A program made the translations under genes and the position numbers. Below the pieces are notes generated by a model that was not told the DNA's origin, made no database searches, and saw nothing but the letters and a program-made list of their open reading frames with translations. Below, in pieces: positions 35,990-38,427 of a stretch of 38,427 nucleotides of DNA (position 1 is the first letter of the stretch; every line of letters starts with the position of its first letter). The DNA is from Stellaceae bacterium (GTDB lineage Bacteria > Pseudomonadota > Alphaproteobacteria > ATCC43930 > CGMCC-115725). The DNA lies in NCBI GenBank assembly GCA_035532975.1, contig DATLUT010000113.1, positions 1 through 38,427 on the forward strand, written 5' to 3'.

Positions 35990-36904
35990 CTAACCCGCGA
36001 CGCGCGGCTGGGTCAAGCCTCGGCGGCGGCGGCGCGCGATGGCGATGCCACCGAGCACCAGCGCGAGCGCCAGCACGAGCGACGGCGTCAATTGCTCGCC
36101 CAGAAAGAAGATTGCGATCAGGACCGACAACGGCGGCACGGCGAACTGGAAGACCGCGACGCGCTGTACGCCGCCGGTGTGCAGCGCCCAGAACCAGGCG
36201 ATAAAGGCCGTCAGATTGGGGCCGTAGGCGAGGGTCGCGACCGCGATCAGATCGCCGACGCCGAAGCGGCTCCAGTCGACCATCGGAATCCGGATCACGG
36301 CGAACGGCATGAGGACAAGGCCGCCGATCCCGACGCACCACAGCGTCGCCGACAGGGCGCCGATGAGGGCCGACAGCCGCGCGCCCGCCACATAGGCGCT
36401 CGCGGACAGCGCCGACGCCGCCAGGACCAGAAGATCGCCGCCGAGGGTTGCCTCGTGCCCGGCGCCGCCGCGGAACGCGAACAGGATGCCCTCGCCGAGA
36501 AAGGCGAGCGCCGCGCCCAGCCACCAGAAGGCGCCAGGCCGGCGGCGCTCGACGATGGCCACCGCCAGGCCGGTGAAGATCGGCATCGCGGCCTGGATGA
36601 GGGCGCCATGGGTTGCCGAGGTGCGCGCCTGACCCAGGGTGAAGAGCAGCGGAAAGGCGACGAAGCTACTGGACGCCGACAGCGCGAGCAGCGTCCACTC
36701 GTGCCGGTTGCGCGGACCGCGCAGCCGCAATGCCGCGATCAGAGGAACCGCCACCAGCGCCGCCGCAGCCGGCCGCATGCCGAGGAGCAGCGGATCGATG
36801 TCGCCCGTGATCGCCCGGGTCAACGGTGCGGTCAGCGCGAACAGCACGACCGAGCCCATCGCCGCTGCGAAAACCGCTGCCGGACGCTCCCCCTTGTGCT
36901 CCAT
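35990..36904 (-). CDS. DMT-superfamily (EamA) transporter
   Basis: The 304-aa product has about 10 TM helices and a two-EamA-repeat architecture. It ends 8 nt before the SH3-like gene. Confidence 0.85.
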   Translation of the reverse strand: MEHKGERPAAVFAAAMGSVVLFALTAPLTRAITGDIDPLLLGMRPAAAALVAVPLIAALRLRGPRNRHEWTLLALSASSSFVAFPLLFTLGQARTSATHGALIQAAMPIFTGLAVAIVERRRPGAFWWLGAALAFLGEGILFAFRGGAGHEATLGGDLLVLAASALSASAYVAGARLSALIGALSATLWCVGIGGLVLMPFAVIRIPMVDWSRFGVGDLIAVATLAYGPNLTAFIAWFWALHTGGVQRVAVFQFAVPPLSVLIAIFFLGEQLTPSLVLALALVLGGIAIARRRRRGLTQPRVAG

Positions 36905-37013
36905 TGCGCCTCTTCTCGCCGTCGATGCCGCGCCGGGTCAAGCGCGTTCCGCGCATGGCTGGACACCCGGCGGCTTGCTTGCTAGGCCTTGCGCCCGGAG
37001 GAGAGCGCATTCG

Positions 37014-38000
37014 ATGTCGGCGAAAAAACCGCTGGTCGTCGTCACCCGCAAGCTGCCGGACGTGATCGAGACGCGGATGATGGAATTGTTCGACGCGCGG
37101 CTGAACGACAGCGATGAGCCGCTGACGGTCGAACAGCTGAAATCGGCGATGGGCGAGGCGGACGTGCTGGTGCCGACTGTCACCGACCGGATCGACGCCG
37201 AGATCATCGCGGCGGCCGGTCCGCGGCTGAAGCTCGTCGCCTCGTTCTCGAATGGAGTCGATCACATCGATCTCGTCGCCGCGAAGGCCAAGGGCGTCAT
37301 GGTCACCAACACGCCGGGCGTGCTGACCGAGGACACCGCCGATATGACGATGGCGCTGATCCTCGCCGTGGCGCGGCGCGTCAGCGAGGGCGAGCGGCTC
37401 CTGCGCGAGGGCCACTGGCTCGGCTGGAGCCCGACTTTCATGCTGGGGTCGCGGCTCTGGGGCAAGCGGCTCGGCATTGTCGGCATGGGCCGCATCGGCC
37501 AGGCGGTGGCGCGGCGCGCCCGCGGCTTCGGCCTGTCGATCCACTACCACAACCGCCATCGCGTCGACCCGGACATCGAGCAGGAGCTCGAGGCGACCTA
37601 TTGGGAGAGCCTCGACGCCATGCTCGCGCGCATGGACATCGTCTCGATCAACTGCCCGCGCACGCCGGCGACCTACCACCTGCTGTCCGCGCGCCGGCTG
37701 AAGCTGCTGCGGCCGACGGCGATCCTGGTCAACACCTCGCGCGGCGAAGTCATCGACGAGGAGGAGATGACGCGCCTGCTGGTCGAGCGCGCGATCGCCG
37801 GCGCCGGCCTCGACGTGTTCGAGCGCGAGCCGCTGGTCAATTCCCAGCTGTTGGCGCTCGACCACGTCGTGCTGCTGCCCCATATGGGCTCGGCGACGCT
37901 CGAAGGCCGTATCGACACCGGCCAGCGCGTCATCCTCAACATCAAGACCTTCGCCGACGGCCACCGCCCGCCCGATCGGGTCGTCGACACGCTGCTCTAG
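37014..38000 (+). CDS. D-isomer-specific 2-hydroxyacid dehydrogenase (glyoxylate/hydroxypyruvate reductase type)
   Basis: The start is trimmed to MSAKKPLVVVTRKLP, with a GGAGGAGAG RBS. The NAD motif GIVGMGRIGQAVARR and the catalytic-region motifs NTSRG...DVFE.EP...PHMGSAT are present. Confidence 0.9.
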   Translation: MSAKKPLVVVTRKLPDVIETRMMELFDARLNDSDEPLTVEQLKSAMGEADVLVPTVTDRIDAEIIAAAGPRLKLVASFSNGVDHIDLVAAKAKGVMVTNTPGVLTEDTADMTMALILAVARRVSEGERLLREGHWLGWSPTFMLGSRLWGKRLGIVGMGRIGQAVARRARGFGLSIHYHNRHRVDPDIEQELEATYWESLDAMLARMDIVSINCPRTPATYHLLSARRLKLLRPTAILVNTSRGEVIDEEEMTRLLVERAIAGAGLDVFEREPLVNSQLLALDHVVLLPHMGSATLEGRIDTGQRVILNIKTFADGHRPPDRVVDTLL

Positions 38001-38047
38001 GCGCGCCAGACGGGCCAACGCGCCCTCTTTCCGCGCGGCACAATTTC

Positions 38048-38071
38048 CGTTATATCCTGTAGGATATAACG
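38048..38071. promoter_or_regulatory. Mo-box: putative ModE operator CGTTATATCC-TGTA-GGATATAACG
   Basis: Perfect 10-bp inverted arms are separated by 4 nt, and the element ends 12 nt before the modA ATG. It resembles the E. coli modA operator CGTTATAT...ATAACG as I remember it. Confidence 0.6.
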
Positions 38072-38083
38072 CGGGAGGGACAC

Positions 38084-38427
38084 ATGCGTCGACGTTGGCT
38101 TCTGGTCGGGATTCTGGTGGCGGCGATGCTTTCACCGATATACCCGATTTTCCCCGCCCAGGCCGCGACGCTCACCGTTTTCGCCGCCGCCAGCCTGAAG
38201 AACGCGCTCGACGCGGCGGCCGCTGCCTACCAGGCGAAAACCGGCGACACGGTGCGGATCTCGTACGCGGCGAGCTCGGCGCTTGCGCGACAGATCGATG
38301 CCGGCGCGCCGGCCGATTTGTTCATCTCGGCCGACCTCAAGTGGATGGACTATGTGCAGAGCCGCAAGCTCATCCGGCCGGCGACCCGGCGCAACCTGCT
38401 TGGCAACGAACTGGTGCTGGTGGCGCC
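38084..38427 (+). CDS. modA: Molybdate ABC transporter substrate-binding protein; N-terminal 114 codons, continuing beyond the window
   Basis: This gene is missing from the ORF track because it runs off the edge. My translation is [90 protein letters not shown]... A GGGAGGGA RBS precedes it. Confidence 0.85.
   Translation, partial: MRRRWLLVGILVAAMLSPIYPIFPAQAATLTVFAAASLKNALDAAAAAYQAKTGDTVRISYAASSALARQIDAGAPADLFISADLKWMDYVQSRKLIRPATRRNLLGNELVLVA

Overview
This window is a high-G+C alphaproteobacterial chromosome segment. The gene content (MucR/Ros, Irr, OlsB/OlsA, an Alph_Pro_TM-type protein, tsaB-rimI) suggests Hyphomicrobiales/Rhizobiales, but that taxon is an inference. I can support about 48 protein genes. 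Two of them run off the window edges and are absent from the ORF track: a yifB/comM-like gene at the 5' end and modA at the 3' end. I found no rRNA, tRNA, CRISPR array, transposase, integrase or phage genes. Most of the window is core housekeeping, arranged in two very tightly packed same-strand strings. The first is fur-olsB-olsA-miaB-ybeZ-ybeY-corC-lnt (11.8-19.3 kb), where genes overlap or sit a few nt apart. The second is rimP-nusA-ylxR/L7Ae-infB-rbfA-truB-rpsO-pnp (20.8-30.0 kb). The parts worth a second look are these. (1) An iron/oxidative-stress corner at 31.6-34.7 kb holds irr, then a rubrerythrin, an HdrD/GlpC-like CCG iron-sulfur protein and a DUF3501 protein. ICE-like (Irr-box-like) palindromes lie on both sides of irr. 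The Fe-S/DUF3501 pair has no assigned function and is my best candidate for an undescribed system. (2) A promoter-like element, an ~85-nt structured RNA and a canonical intrinsic terminator end 5 nt before the rimP ribosome-binding site, giving a leader attenuator or small RNA. (3) A visibly lower-G+C ~1 kb islet lies between trpS and a glcG-like gene (6.3-7.4 kb). It contains a frameshifted secreted-protein gene, a 27-bp near-perfect palindrome over a TTGACA promoter, and a 42-codon hydrophobic ORF behind a long leader. (4) A 'nitronate monooxygenase'-type flavoprotein carries a FadH/TMADH-like CX2CX3C...C motif. (5) A perfect 10+10 Mo-box palindrome sits in front of modA. The many long reverse-strand ORFs in the track are high-GC antisense artefacts. 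All calls rest on my own reading and translation of the sequence; no database search was possible.
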